A DNA stretch of 26,296 nucleotides from a virus (taxonomy: Duplodnaviria > Heunggongvirae > Uroviricota > Caudoviricetes), in the IMG/VR virus record IMGVR_UViG_3300026224_000020, positions 1-26,296 of that record. The stretch is one strand, 5' to 3'. Below the pieces are notes generated by a model. That model saw only the letters and a program-made list of their open reading frames with translations. It did not search any database and was not told the origin of the DNA. A program made the position numbers and the translations under genes. Positions 18,572 through 26,296 of this stretch are shown here, in pieces. Every line of letters begins with the position of its first letter. Within the stretch, counting starts at the first letter, position 1.

Positions 18572-19098
18572 CAGATAAGCTCCACTGTGCAGTGCGGCGC
18601 ATCCTGCACCCGGCGGATGGCCCAGCGGGCGTCACGCCATAAATCACCGCTTGCTTCCGCCAGTTCCTCGCCTCGCTTCGCACCGGATGCCGTGGCGTCA
18701 TAGTCCTGGTAACGTTCGTTGAGCATGGCGCGTGCCCAGCAGTAAACCGCGTTGAAATAGTGCTGAATGCGCTCGCTTTTGCCGTCCAGTTGTTCCGCCG
18801 GGACTTCTGCCAGCGAGGCATACCCCAGCATCTGCTGGCGTCTGCGAAACTCATACAGCTCTGCGTTGACCTCCGAAATTGCCGACAGGGCAACCTGTTT
18901 TAAACGCGGCTGCGTCACCGTGCCGTCAGTGCGCATCACACTGCGAAACTCCGACAGGTCCACATCAGGCCAGAACGGCGTATTCCTGATGATTTCCGCC
19001 TGTTCCGGTGCCTGTTCTGGCGCAACAAACTTCATGCTGCTTTCTCCTGAAATAGAGGGCGGTGGACGGGGTTTTGATGTGGCAGTGCCTTTCGCCAC
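18571..19098 (-). CDS. L: head completion/stabilization protein L
   Basis: 175-aa ORF downstream of M, position and size consistent with P2 gpL; true start could be an internal Met. Confidence 0.8.
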   Translation of the reverse strand: MAKGTATSKPRPPPSISGESSMKFVAPEQAPEQAEIIRNTPFWPDVDLSEFRSVMRTDGTVTQPRLKQVALSAISEVNAELYEFRRRQQMLGYASLAEVPAEQLDGKSERIQHYFNAVYCWARAMLNERYQDYDATASGAKRGEELAEASGDLWRDARWAIRRVQDAPHCTVELI

Positions 19099-19130
19099 CC
19101 CGTGCCGCCCGTGCGCGGGGGCACGTTCTG

Positions 19131-19781
19131 TCAGCGGCTGTCATTGCGCAGTCTGCGCTCCAGCTGCTGTTTGTCTTTTTTCACGCCACAGCGGGGATCG
19201 AGCTGTAACGCATGGTTGAGATGATTAAGGGCAGACGCCGGATTTCTTTCACTCAGGACAGCGCCAATCGCTTTATGCAGACGCGCCCGTGACTGGTCCG
19301 GCATATCCATACCGTCTGTCAGCTCCAGGGTCTGCAGCAACAGATCGGCATCAAAGCCGGTGGCGGCAAGCATTGCGCTCTGGGCTGCATCTGCCATTTC
19401 CTCTGCCAGCACGGTCTGCACGTTGCGGTTACCTAACGGCATCACCCAGCCATGACGCAGGGCGTGACGCCCGATCTCCAGCGCCCCGGCATAATCTCCG
19501 GCATCAATGCGCCACAGCATCACGTACATCAGCACGTCATCCTGTTGAGCGCCTCCGGCAGCCAGGACACCCTCCGCCCAGGCGGCGTACTTCGGCAGCA
19601 GCTCCACCTTGATTTCCGCTTTTTTGACCGTGGACTGAACGCCCTTGAGACGGCGGCGGTCTTCCGCCAGTTGCAGCAGCATCAGGTCATAGCCCGACGC
19701 GTGGCGAACGCTGCCGCCCTCGCGGGCGGCCTGTTCAGCCTGAACGCGCAGGCGATGCTGCCGTGCGGGACTCAGGCTCAT
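19131..19781 (-). CDS. M: terminase small (endonuclease) subunit M
   Basis: 216-aa ORF immediately downstream of the major capsid gene, as in P2. Confidence 0.82.
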   Translation of the reverse strand: MSLSPARQHRLRVQAEQAAREGGSVRHASGYDLMLLQLAEDRRRLKGVQSTVKKAEIKVELLPKYAAWAEGVLAAGGAQQDDVLMYVMLWRIDAGDYAGALEIGRHALRHGWVMPLGNRNVQTVLAEEMADAAQSAMLAATGFDADLLLQTLELTDGMDMPDQSRARLHKAIGAVLSERNPASALNHLNHALQLDPRCGVKKDKQQLERRLRNDSR

Positions 19782-19784
19782 GAA

Positions 19785-20843
19785 TTACGCTCCGGTTTCT
19801 GCTGCTGCGGCGCTGAAGTCGCCAATCTGGATGTTTTCCACCAGTGCGGCGCAGCGGTAGTCCTCAACCACATAGGCTTCGTTAACGGATTCAAAGTTTT
19901 CAATCCGGTCACGTTTCGGGTTGTCGATAACTGAGCGGCGGCGGGTGTCTTCCTGCCAGTAGATGGACAGGTTATCCAGACGGGTGATCAGCAGTGCATT
20001 CGGCGGGAAGAACGGCGCACGCACGGCCTGCAGGCCACCCATGCGTTTCTGACTGATGATCATATCGGCAGCCAGTTTTTCACTGTTTTCCTGCTCTTTG
20101 TTGACCAGCGGGAAATACTTGTCAGACAGCAGTTCACGACCGCAAATCACCACCAGATCGTCATCGTCCTGGTAGACCACATCGATAAGCTCATTGACGG
20201 CATCCATCACCACGGCGTCCAGGTTGGCATATTCGCCACCTTTCCCGACTTTCACCGCACCCGGTGTGGTTTCACCGCCCGTGGTGGTGCTGCCCATGAC
20301 GTGATCCGGTGCATCTTCACGGATTTTCTGCAGCCAGCCTTTGTTCACATCCTGCAGCAGCGGGTTTTCGCTACGGTTGGAGGTTTTCGCACGCTTCACG
20401 CCGTTAAAGCCGATCATGATGCGGTCCAGAGCCTGACGTTTCACGATGGCGTCACGGATGCGCACCTGGAAATCCTGAAACTTCGCCCACAGGTCCAGCT
20501 TCGCGTAGGTCAGCACCGTGTCAAAGTTGGTCTGCTCGCATTTATATTCCACATCGACCATCAGCGTCGGATCGACAGGTTCACGCTCTTTCGCGGTGGT
20601 GTCAGTGGTTCCGGCAATGGTGCTGCCAACTCCCAGCCCCAGCAGCTGACCGGACTGCTCAGTCACTGGCGTGACGTTAATCAGCGTCAGGAAAGCGGCG
20701 GACTGCTGGATCTGGTCTTCCAGCGTCTGCTGCACAGACGGCTCCACGGTGAACTTGCTGGACAGTTCTTCAACTGCCACACCGTTCAGACGCGCCAGCT
20801 GCTGCAGGTAAGCGTTAAAAGCAAAGCGGGTATTCTTCTTCAT
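19785..20843 (-). CDS. N: major capsid protein N
   Basis: 352-aa ORF; size and position match P2 gpN. Confidence 0.9.
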   Translation of the reverse strand: MKKNTRFAFNAYLQQLARLNGVAVEELSSKFTVEPSVQQTLEDQIQQSAAFLTLINVTPVTEQSGQLLGLGVGSTIAGTTDTTAKEREPVDPTLMVDVEYKCEQTNFDTVLTYAKLDLWAKFQDFQVRIRDAIVKRQALDRIMIGFNGVKRAKTSNRSENPLLQDVNKGWLQKIREDAPDHVMGSTTTGGETTPGAVKVGKGGEYANLDAVVMDAVNELIDVVYQDDDDLVVICGRELLSDKYFPLVNKEQENSEKLAADMIISQKRMGGLQAVRAPFFPPNALLITRLDNLSIYWQEDTRRRSVIDNPKRDRIENFESVNEAYVVEDYRCAALVENIQIGDFSAAAAETGA

Positions 20844-20859
20844 CGGGTTTTGTGCTCCA

Positions 20860-21693
20860 TCAGCAATTGGTCAGAGTGTCAGCGGGGGCGTTACCGCCTG
20901 TTGCACGCTGGCGGTAGTCCTGGCGACTGTCTTCATGACTCAGCTTGTCCACCAGTTCGTTAAAGGCGGTTTGCTGTGCCTGCAGGGCAGTCTCCAGCTC
21001 AGACAGGCGTTCTTCCTGCTCAGACAGGGATTTTTCGGTGCGTGCGCTCAGGTTCTGCTGCTCAGTGGCGACCAGCTCCACGGCCTTATGCACATCAGAG
21101 AACCGGGCGTCATCGGACTGCTCTTTTTTGGTAAACAGCGCCGTGACGCGGGCAAACAGGGACGGTTTGTCGTCCTGGATTTCTTCCAGTTCGATCACCG
21201 TTTCCTCTGCAGCGGTAAAGAGATTGGCAGGATTCTGCTTGCGGTTTGCCAGCGGGTTATGGGCTGCACTGGCGCTGAATGTCAGCATTTCCGTACCCAG
21301 ACTGGCAGGGTCATCAGTGGCCGCCAGGCCGACCAGATAGGCTTTGCCCGTATCAGCGAACTTCGGGCTGACTTCCATAGAGGTGAATAATTTCTGGCCT
21401 TTTTTCACCAGTTCCACCAGGGACTCCGTTGGCTCAACGTCGGCATACAGCGCCATCTTGCCTGCCAGCGGACCTTCCGTGATTTCTTCAGCAAACAGCG
21501 CCGTCACCTTGCCGTAGCGGTTAAAGGTGCTGTCCGGCAGATAAGACTTGATGTGCTCAAGGTTAATCAGCGCGGTATACACCGCCGGGTTGTAGCTGGC
21601 TGCCATCTGTTCCAGCCATTCACGCTGGATTTCGCGTCCGTCGGTGGTGGCACCTTCCACCCCGATGCGAAAACGCTTTGCTTTCACTGTCAT
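20860..21693 (-). CDS. O: capsid scaffolding protein O
   Basis: 277-aa ORF, acidic and coiled-coil-rich C-terminal half, first gene of the O-N-M-L operon divergent from P. Confidence 0.88.
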   Translation of the reverse strand: MTVKAKRFRIGVEGATTDGREIQREWLEQMAASYNPAVYTALINLEHIKSYLPDSTFNRYGKVTALFAEEITEGPLAGKMALYADVEPTESLVELVKKGQKLFTSMEVSPKFADTGKAYLVGLAATDDPASLGTEMLTFSASAAHNPLANRKQNPANLFTAAEETVIELEEIQDDKPSLFARVTALFTKKEQSDDARFSDVHKAVELVATEQQNLSARTEKSLSEQEERLSELETALQAQQTAFNELVDKLSHEDSRQDYRQRATGGNAPADTLTNC

Positions 21694-21771
21694 GAGCCGT
21701 GCTCCGTTAGAAAAAACTTACTGGAGCCTTATGGTTGCGGTGATGGGGGCAGTGAAACAATGCGCGGTATT

Positions 21772-21789
21772 TGTACCGACAACCACACA
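21772..21789. promoter_or_regulatory. candidate Ogr-binding element (TGT-N12-ACA) in the divergent P/O late promoter region
   Basis: tTGTACCGACAACCACACAaa in the 142-bp P-O intergenic region; spacing best fits the leftward O promoter. Confidence 0.4.
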
Positions 21790-21835
21790 AACCGCAGGCG
21801 GGGAAAGCCTTCATTCAAGGCTGTAGGTTTGTGCC

Positions 21836-23602
21836 ATGAACACCACACTGACACCCGCAGATCTCGATCCCCGTCGGCAGGCCATGCTGCTGTACTTTCA
21901 GGGATACCGCGTAGCCCGCATTGCTGAAATGCTGGGCGAGAAAGTTGCAACCGTTCACAGCTGGAAAAAACGCGACAAGTGGGGTGACTATGGGCCGCTG
22001 GATCAGATGCAGCTCACCACCGCCGCACGCTACTGCCAGCTCATTATGAAGGAGCACAAAGAAGGGAAAGATTTCAAAGAGATTGACCTGCTGGCGCGCC
22101 AGTCGGAGCGCCATGCGCGGATCGGCAAGTTTAACAATGGCGGCAACGAAGCCGACTTAAACCCTAACGTCGCCAACCGCAACAAAGGCCCGCGCCGTCA
22201 GCCGGAAAAGAACGTTTTCACCGATGAACAGATTGAGAAGCTGGAAGAAATCTTCCATTCCTCCATGTTCAACTACCAGCGCCACTGGTGGGAAGCCGGA
22301 AAAACCAACCGCATCCGCAACCTGCTGAAGTCACGCCAGATCGGCGCGACCTTCTATTTTGCCCGTGAAGCCCTGATTGACGCCCTGCTAACCGGGCGTA
22401 ACCAGATTTTCCTTTCCGCCAGCAAGGCTCAGGCCCACGTCTTTAAGCAGTACATCATCGACTTCGCCAAAGAAGTGGAGGTGGAGCTGAAAGGCGATCC
22501 GATGGTGCTTCCTAACGGGGCCACGCTGTACTTCCTCGGCACCAATGCCCGCACGGCCCAGAGTTACCACGGCAACCTGTATCTGGATGAATATTTCTGG
22601 ATACCGAAATTCCAGGAGCTGCGCAAAGTGGCTTCCGGTATGGCTATTCACAAAAAATGGCGACAAACCTATTTTTCCACGCCATCCAGCCTGACACACA
22701 GTGCTTATCCGTTCTGGTCCGGTGCGCTGTTCAACCGAGGGCGCAACAAAGCCGATAAGGTGGACATCGACCTGTCCCACAGCAATCTGGCCCCCGGCCT
22801 GCTGTGCGCAGACGGGCAGTACCGCCAGATAGTCACTGTGGAAGATGCGGTGCGCGGCGGCTGTAACCTGTTCGACCTCGACCAGTTGCGCATGGAGTAC
22901 AGCCCGGACGAATACCAGAACCTGCTGATGTGTGAGTTCGTGGACGATCTCGCGTCTGTGTTCCCACTCAGCGAGCTGCAGGCGTGCATGGTGGACAGTT
23001 GGGAAGTCTGGACCGACTTTCATGCACTGGCCCTGCGCCCGTTTGGCTGGCGCGAAGTGTGGATCGGATATGACCCGGCGAAAGGTACGCAGAACGGCGA
23101 CAGCGCCGGATGCGTGGTGGTGGCGCCGCCAGCCGTGCCGGGCGGTAAGTTCCGCATTCTTGAGCGTCACCAGTGGCGCGGAATGGACTTCCGCGCCCAG
23201 GCTGACGCCATCAAAAAACTGACCGAACAGTACAACGTGACCTATATCGGTATCGACTCAACCGGCGTTGGTCACGGGGTTTACGAGAACGTGAAAGCGT
23301 TTTTTCCTGCCGTCCGGGAGTTTGTCTACAACCCCAACGTTAAAAACGCCCTGGTACTCAAGGCCTACGACATTATCAGCCACCGCCGTCTGGAGTTTGA
23401 CGCCGGACACACCGACATAGCGCAGTCCTTTATGGCAATCCGTCGAGCCACCACCGCCAGTGGCAACCGCCCGACCTATGAAGCCAGCCGCAGCGAAGAA
23501 GCCAGCCACGCCGATCTGGCCTGGGCAACGATGCACGCACTGTTTAACGAACCGCTGCAGGGCGAATCCGCCAATACCAGCAATATTGTGGAGATTTTTT
23601 GA
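21836..23602 (+). CDS. P: terminase large (ATPase) subunit P
   Basis: 588-aa ORF divergent from O; size and position match P2 gpP. Confidence 0.9.
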   Translation: MNTTLTPADLDPRRQAMLLYFQGYRVARIAEMLGEKVATVHSWKKRDKWGDYGPLDQMQLTTAARYCQLIMKEHKEGKDFKEIDLLARQSERHARIGKFNNGGNEADLNPNVANRNKGPRRQPEKNVFTDEQIEKLEEIFHSSMFNYQRHWWEAGKTNRIRNLLKSRQIGATFYFAREALIDALLTGRNQIFLSASKAQAHVFKQYIIDFAKEVEVELKGDPMVLPNGATLYFLGTNARTAQSYHGNLYLDEYFWIPKFQELRKVASGMAIHKKWRQTYFSTPSSLTHSAYPFWSGALFNRGRNKADKVDIDLSHSNLAPGLLCADGQYRQIVTVEDAVRGGCNLFDLDQLRMEYSPDEYQNLLMCEFVDDLASVFPLSELQACMVDSWEVWTDFHALALRPFGWREVWIGYDPAKGTQNGDSAGCVVVAPPAVPGGKFRILERHQWRGMDFRAQADAIKKLTEQYNVTYIGIDSTGVGHGVYENVKAFFPAVREFVYNPNVKNALVLKAYDIISHRRLEFDAGHTDIAQSFMAIRRATTASGNRPTYEASRSEEASHADLAWATMHALFNEPLQGESANTSNIVEIF

Positions 23603-24636
23603 TGGGAAAGAGTAAGAAGAACCGCGCTGCGGCGACGAAACAGATCCAGCTTAAAAGTCAAACTACAGCCGAAGCATTCAGCTTCGGCGATCCCGTTCCT
23701 GTTCTGGACCGCCGAGAACTGCTGGATTATGTGGAATGCGTACAGATGGACCGCTGGTATGAGCCGCCCGTCAGCTTTGACGGACTGGCGCGCACCTTCC
23801 GCGCTGCCGTTCATCATAGTTCCCCGATTGCAGTAAAGTGCAACATTCTGACCAGCACCTACATCCCTCACCCGCTGCTCAGCCAGCAGGCTTTTTCGCG
23901 TTTTGTGCAGGACTATCTGGTATTTGGTAACGCCTACCTGGAGAAACGCACGAACCGCTTCGGTGAAGTTATCGCCCTTGAACCTGCCTTGGCAAAATAC
24001 ACCCGACGCGGGTTAGACCTGGATACCTACTGGTTTGTGCAATACGGTATGACCACGCAGCCATATCAGTTCACGAAAGGCAGCATCTTTCATCTGATGG
24101 AACCGGACATCAACCAGGAGATCTACGGCCTGCCCGGTTATCTTTCTGCTATTCCATCCGCCCTGCTCAACGAGTCTGCCACGCTGTTCCGCCGCAAGTA
24201 TTACATTAACGGCAGTCATGCAGGCTTCATCATGTATATGACCGACGCCGCGCAGAACCAGGAAGATGTGAACAACCTCCGCAACGCGATGAAAAGCGCC
24301 AAAGGCCCTGGCAACTTCCGCAACCTGTTTATGTACTCGCCTAACGGCAAAAAGGACGGGCTTCAGATCATCCCGTTGTCAGAAGTCGCAGCGAAAGATG
24401 AATTTCTGAACATCAAGAACGTGAGCCGAGACGACATGATGGCTGCACACCGCGTACCGCCTCAGATGATGGGAATTTTGCCGAATAATGTTGGGGGGTT
24501 TGGGGATGTGGAGAAGGCAAGTCGGGTATTTGTTCGTAATGAATTAATACCTTTGCAAAAACGTTTCGAAGAATTAAATTTATGGCTAAAAAATAATATT
24601 ATTACATTCAAAGAATATCAACTATCCCTAGACTAA
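23599..24636 (+). CDS. Q: portal protein Q (3' end AT-rich, apparently mosaic)
   Basis: 345-aa ORF overlapping the P stop; size matches P2 gpQ; the last roughly 30 codons are visibly AT-rich, unlike the rest of the gene. Confidence 0.88.
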   Translation: MMGKSKKNRAAATKQIQLKSQTTAEAFSFGDPVPVLDRRELLDYVECVQMDRWYEPPVSFDGLARTFRAAVHHSSPIAVKCNILTSTYIPHPLLSQQAFSRFVQDYLVFGNAYLEKRTNRFGEVIALEPALAKYTRRGLDLDTYWFVQYGMTTQPYQFTKGSIFHLMEPDINQEIYGLPGYLSAIPSALLNESATLFRRKYYINGSHAGFIMYMTDAAQNQEDVNNLRNAMKSAKGPGNFRNLFMYSPNGKKDGLQIIPLSEVAAKDEFLNIKNVSRDDMMAAHRVPPQMMGILPNNVGGFGDVEKASRVFVRNELIPLQKRFEELNLWLKNNIITFKEYQLSLD

Positions 24637-24640
24637 TTAA

Positions 24641-24663
24641 TAACCACCTCTATGAGGTGGTTA
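24641..24663. terminator. perfect hairpin between convergent Q and cargo gene (possible bidirectional terminator)
   Basis: TAACCACCTC-tat-GAGGTGGTTA, 10-bp perfect stem with 3-nt loop; only weak T-rich tracts flank it. Confidence 0.4.
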
Positions 24664-24683
24664 ACAAGAATAAACCTAATTAA

Positions 24684-26093
24684 TTACTCATCTACTCTGA
24701 TTTTTTGTTTTTTATTATTTTGAGTTAAGACATTTATGGTAATAGATGTATACGGATGAAAGTCAGGCACTATACTTTTAACCTCTCCATTTTCAAGAAA
24801 ATGATGTGCTATTGAAGGAAATAAATCAGGATCTACAGGATATTTAGCATTAGGATTATGATACATATTTAAACCTTCTGCCCATGTTTCTGTAATATCG
24901 CCTTCTTTCACTTCAAAACTAAATGCTGCTGGATATAATGCCTCTGGGTCATGATCATGGCAGTAACCACTCCTAAATAATCTAAGGTCACTTCTTCCAA
25001 AACCAGCCAGTTTTCCCATCCGATTAAACTTCGATATAGTACCACTATTAGAACTAAGGACGGCCGAAATATTTTCAGACTCATCCAAGAAGAAAAAGCC
25101 TGAAGGAATTTCCTTTTTCTCAAATTGATGCGATATAATTTTCTTAGTTGCTAAACTGTAACATCCATCTTCAGATTTAACATGCTCATAGCGAATACCA
25201 TAAAGATACTGCCAAAGTGCACTATGGGACCAAATCATAGAGTTTGGTTCATGAAAATCAGCAATTGCGAAAATTAAAGGATTCCCCTTAACATGTTCTA
25301 GATCCCAGTATCGAGTTTTCTTTTTCAGTTTAGAATAGAGAGAACTTCCAAATTTAATCGGCATATAATTCTCTATTTTCTCTAGCAATTCTTCCTTACT
25401 TTTAGGTTCAGATAGCATTTCAGATGATTGATTAATATCATTCCCTGTTGGATTAACCGTTACAGCTTCAATGCAAATAGTATTACCATACTTACGTGCC
25501 ACATAATCAGGGGCATTAAACTGCCTATCTAGCCAAAAGTGTTCCTCTCGTAAATATGCGAAAAGATATAACTCCCATAGCCGGGCATCAAAACCTGTTG
25601 TCTGAAACTGCTCTATAAAATTCCCGTCGACATCCTCAAAATGATTCATCATTTCCTTGATTATCCCTGTTGCAGGCGACCAGTTCGCGTATTTACCAAA
25701 TAATGAAAAATGATGATGAAGTTTATCTAGTGTAACTATAGGTGTGAATAAATCCATTGCTTTATAAGTTTCATCACCTTGTGGAAATACTTTTACGTTT
25801 AATTTAGTATGCTTCCGCATTAATTTCTTTAGTTTTGCTCGTGCAGAATTCATTTCTGAAACACTAGTAAATAGGTCAATACATCTATATCTCCCACTTA
25901 AGTCTCTTGCTAAAACAATACCGCTATAATCTTCATCGATTTGATCCAATAATAGTGCCCCTAGCAGGAACTCTCTCGGACTACAGTACCACTCAAACTC
26001 ATAACCTAAAAGTTCAGTATTTGGCATTCTGGTCCAATCAACAAAAGCATTAAACCTCTCTTTACTCATTTTTTTTATATCAAGAAAAGACAT
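24684..26093 (-). CDS. hypothetical 469-aa protein, AT-rich cargo in the P2 tin/old variable slot; candidate single-gene anti-phage defense or exclusion protein
   Basis: Long uninterrupted ORF in AT-rich DNA where stops are frequent; GAGGT RBS about 8 nt upstream of the ATG at 26093; no Walker A or other motif I can confidently recognise; convergent with Q. Confidence 0.82.
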   Translation of the reverse strand: MSFLDIKKMSKERFNAFVDWTRMPNTELLGYEFEWYCSPREFLLGALLLDQIDEDYSGIVLARDLSGRYRCIDLFTSVSEMNSARAKLKKLMRKHTKLNVKVFPQGDETYKAMDLFTPIVTLDKLHHHFSLFGKYANWSPATGIIKEMMNHFEDVDGNFIEQFQTTGFDARLWELYLFAYLREEHFWLDRQFNAPDYVARKYGNTICIEAVTVNPTGNDINQSSEMLSEPKSKEELLEKIENYMPIKFGSSLYSKLKKKTRYWDLEHVKGNPLIFAIADFHEPNSMIWSHSALWQYLYGIRYEHVKSEDGCYSLATKKIISHQFEKKEIPSGFFFLDESENISAVLSSNSGTISKFNRMGKLAGFGRSDLRLFRSGYCHDHDPEALYPAAFSFEVKEGDITETWAEGLNMYHNPNAKYPVDPDLFPSIAHHFLENGEVKSIVPDFHPYTSITINVLTQNNKKQKIRVDE

Positions 26094-26171
26094 CTTTCTA
26101 CCTCATCACGAAAAAATATTTTTTCCTAAAAAGACTTAAGTTAGCTTAATCTATTGATAAAAAAAAGCTAA

Positions 26172-26296
26172 GGAAGGTGCGAACAAGTTCCTGATATGAG
26201 ATCATCATATTCATCCGGAGCGCATCCCAGAGGGACATCATGAGCCATCAACTCACCTTCGCCGATAGTGAATTCAGCACTAAGCGCCGTCAGACC
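26172..26296 (+). mobile_element. IS5-like insertion sequence, left end (continues beyond window)
   Basis: Terminal inverted repeat GGAAGGTGCGAACAAG at 26172 preceded by CTAA (IS5 YTAR target); following sequence closely resembles the IS5 left end as recalled. Confidence 0.8.
26240..26296 (+). CDS. insH: IS5-family transposase, N-terminal fragment (truncated by window end)
   Basis: ATG at 26240; translation MSHQLTFADSEFSTKRRQT matches the IS5 InsH N-terminus (MSHQLTFADSEFSSKRRQT as recalled). Confidence 0.8.
   Translation, partial: MSHQLTFADSEFSTKRRQT

Larger units (their letters stand above)
2780..26296. mobile_element. P2-like (Peduovirus-type) prophage, late/structural region; left boundary approximate, right end beyond window
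   Basis: Contiguous P2 gene order ogr-D-U-T-E-FII-FI-(cargo)-G-H-I-J-W-V-S-R-lysCBA-K-Y-X-L-M-N-O / P-Q read from the translations; host genes end at 2621. Confidence 0.88.

Noticed and set aside
20301-21390. Plus-strand ORFs (220, 151, 131 aa) antisense to capsid genes N and O
   Set aside because: Nested opposite well-supported capsid and scaffold genes; no start-site context.
21797-21808. 12-mer GGCGGGGAAAGC resembling the core of the P2/186 cohesive end as recalled
   Set aside because: It is in the P/O divergent promoter region, whereas cos in P2-like phages is expected beyond the 3' end of Q; likely coincidental or promoter-related. It would need alignment to a real cos sequence to revisit.
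22388-23170. 260-aa minus-strand ORF antisense to terminase gene P
   Set aside because: Nested within P on the opposite strand; composition typical of a spurious antisense frame.
24908-25123. 71-aa ORF in an alternative minus-strand frame within the 469-aa cargo gene
   Set aside because: Fully contained within the much longer cargo ORF with no independent support.

Overview
The window holds a short stretch of enterobacterial chromosome (grxA, ybjM, ybjL, coordinates 1-2621) followed by an apparently intact P2-like (Peduovirus-type) prophage late region that runs from about 2780 to the window end. All calls rest on reading the six-frame translations and the printed sequence; no database search or computation was run, and P2 protein lengths and consensus motifs are quoted from memory. 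Gene order matches phage P2 in inverted orientation: ogr, D, U, T, E/E' (with a TTTTTTG -1 frameshift site), FII, FI, [cargo slot], G, H, I, J, W, V, S, R, lysC, lysB, lysA, K, Y, X, L, M, N, O (all minus strand), then P and Q (plus strand). The two classical P2 cargo positions both carry AT-rich foreign genes. The Z/fun slot between FI and G holds an acyltransferase-3 family membrane protein, a likely O-antigen-modifying lysogenic-conversion gene. The tin/old slot next to the portal gene holds a 469-aa protein with no motif I can recognise, which is the best candidate for an undescribed single-gene anti-phage or exclusion system. An IS5-like element begins about 80 bp upstream of that gene and runs off the window. 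Palindromic TGT-N12-ACA elements consistent with Ogr-dependent late promoters sit upstream of the V, FI and O operons. The integrase, repressor and replication module lies outside the window, so inducibility cannot be judged.
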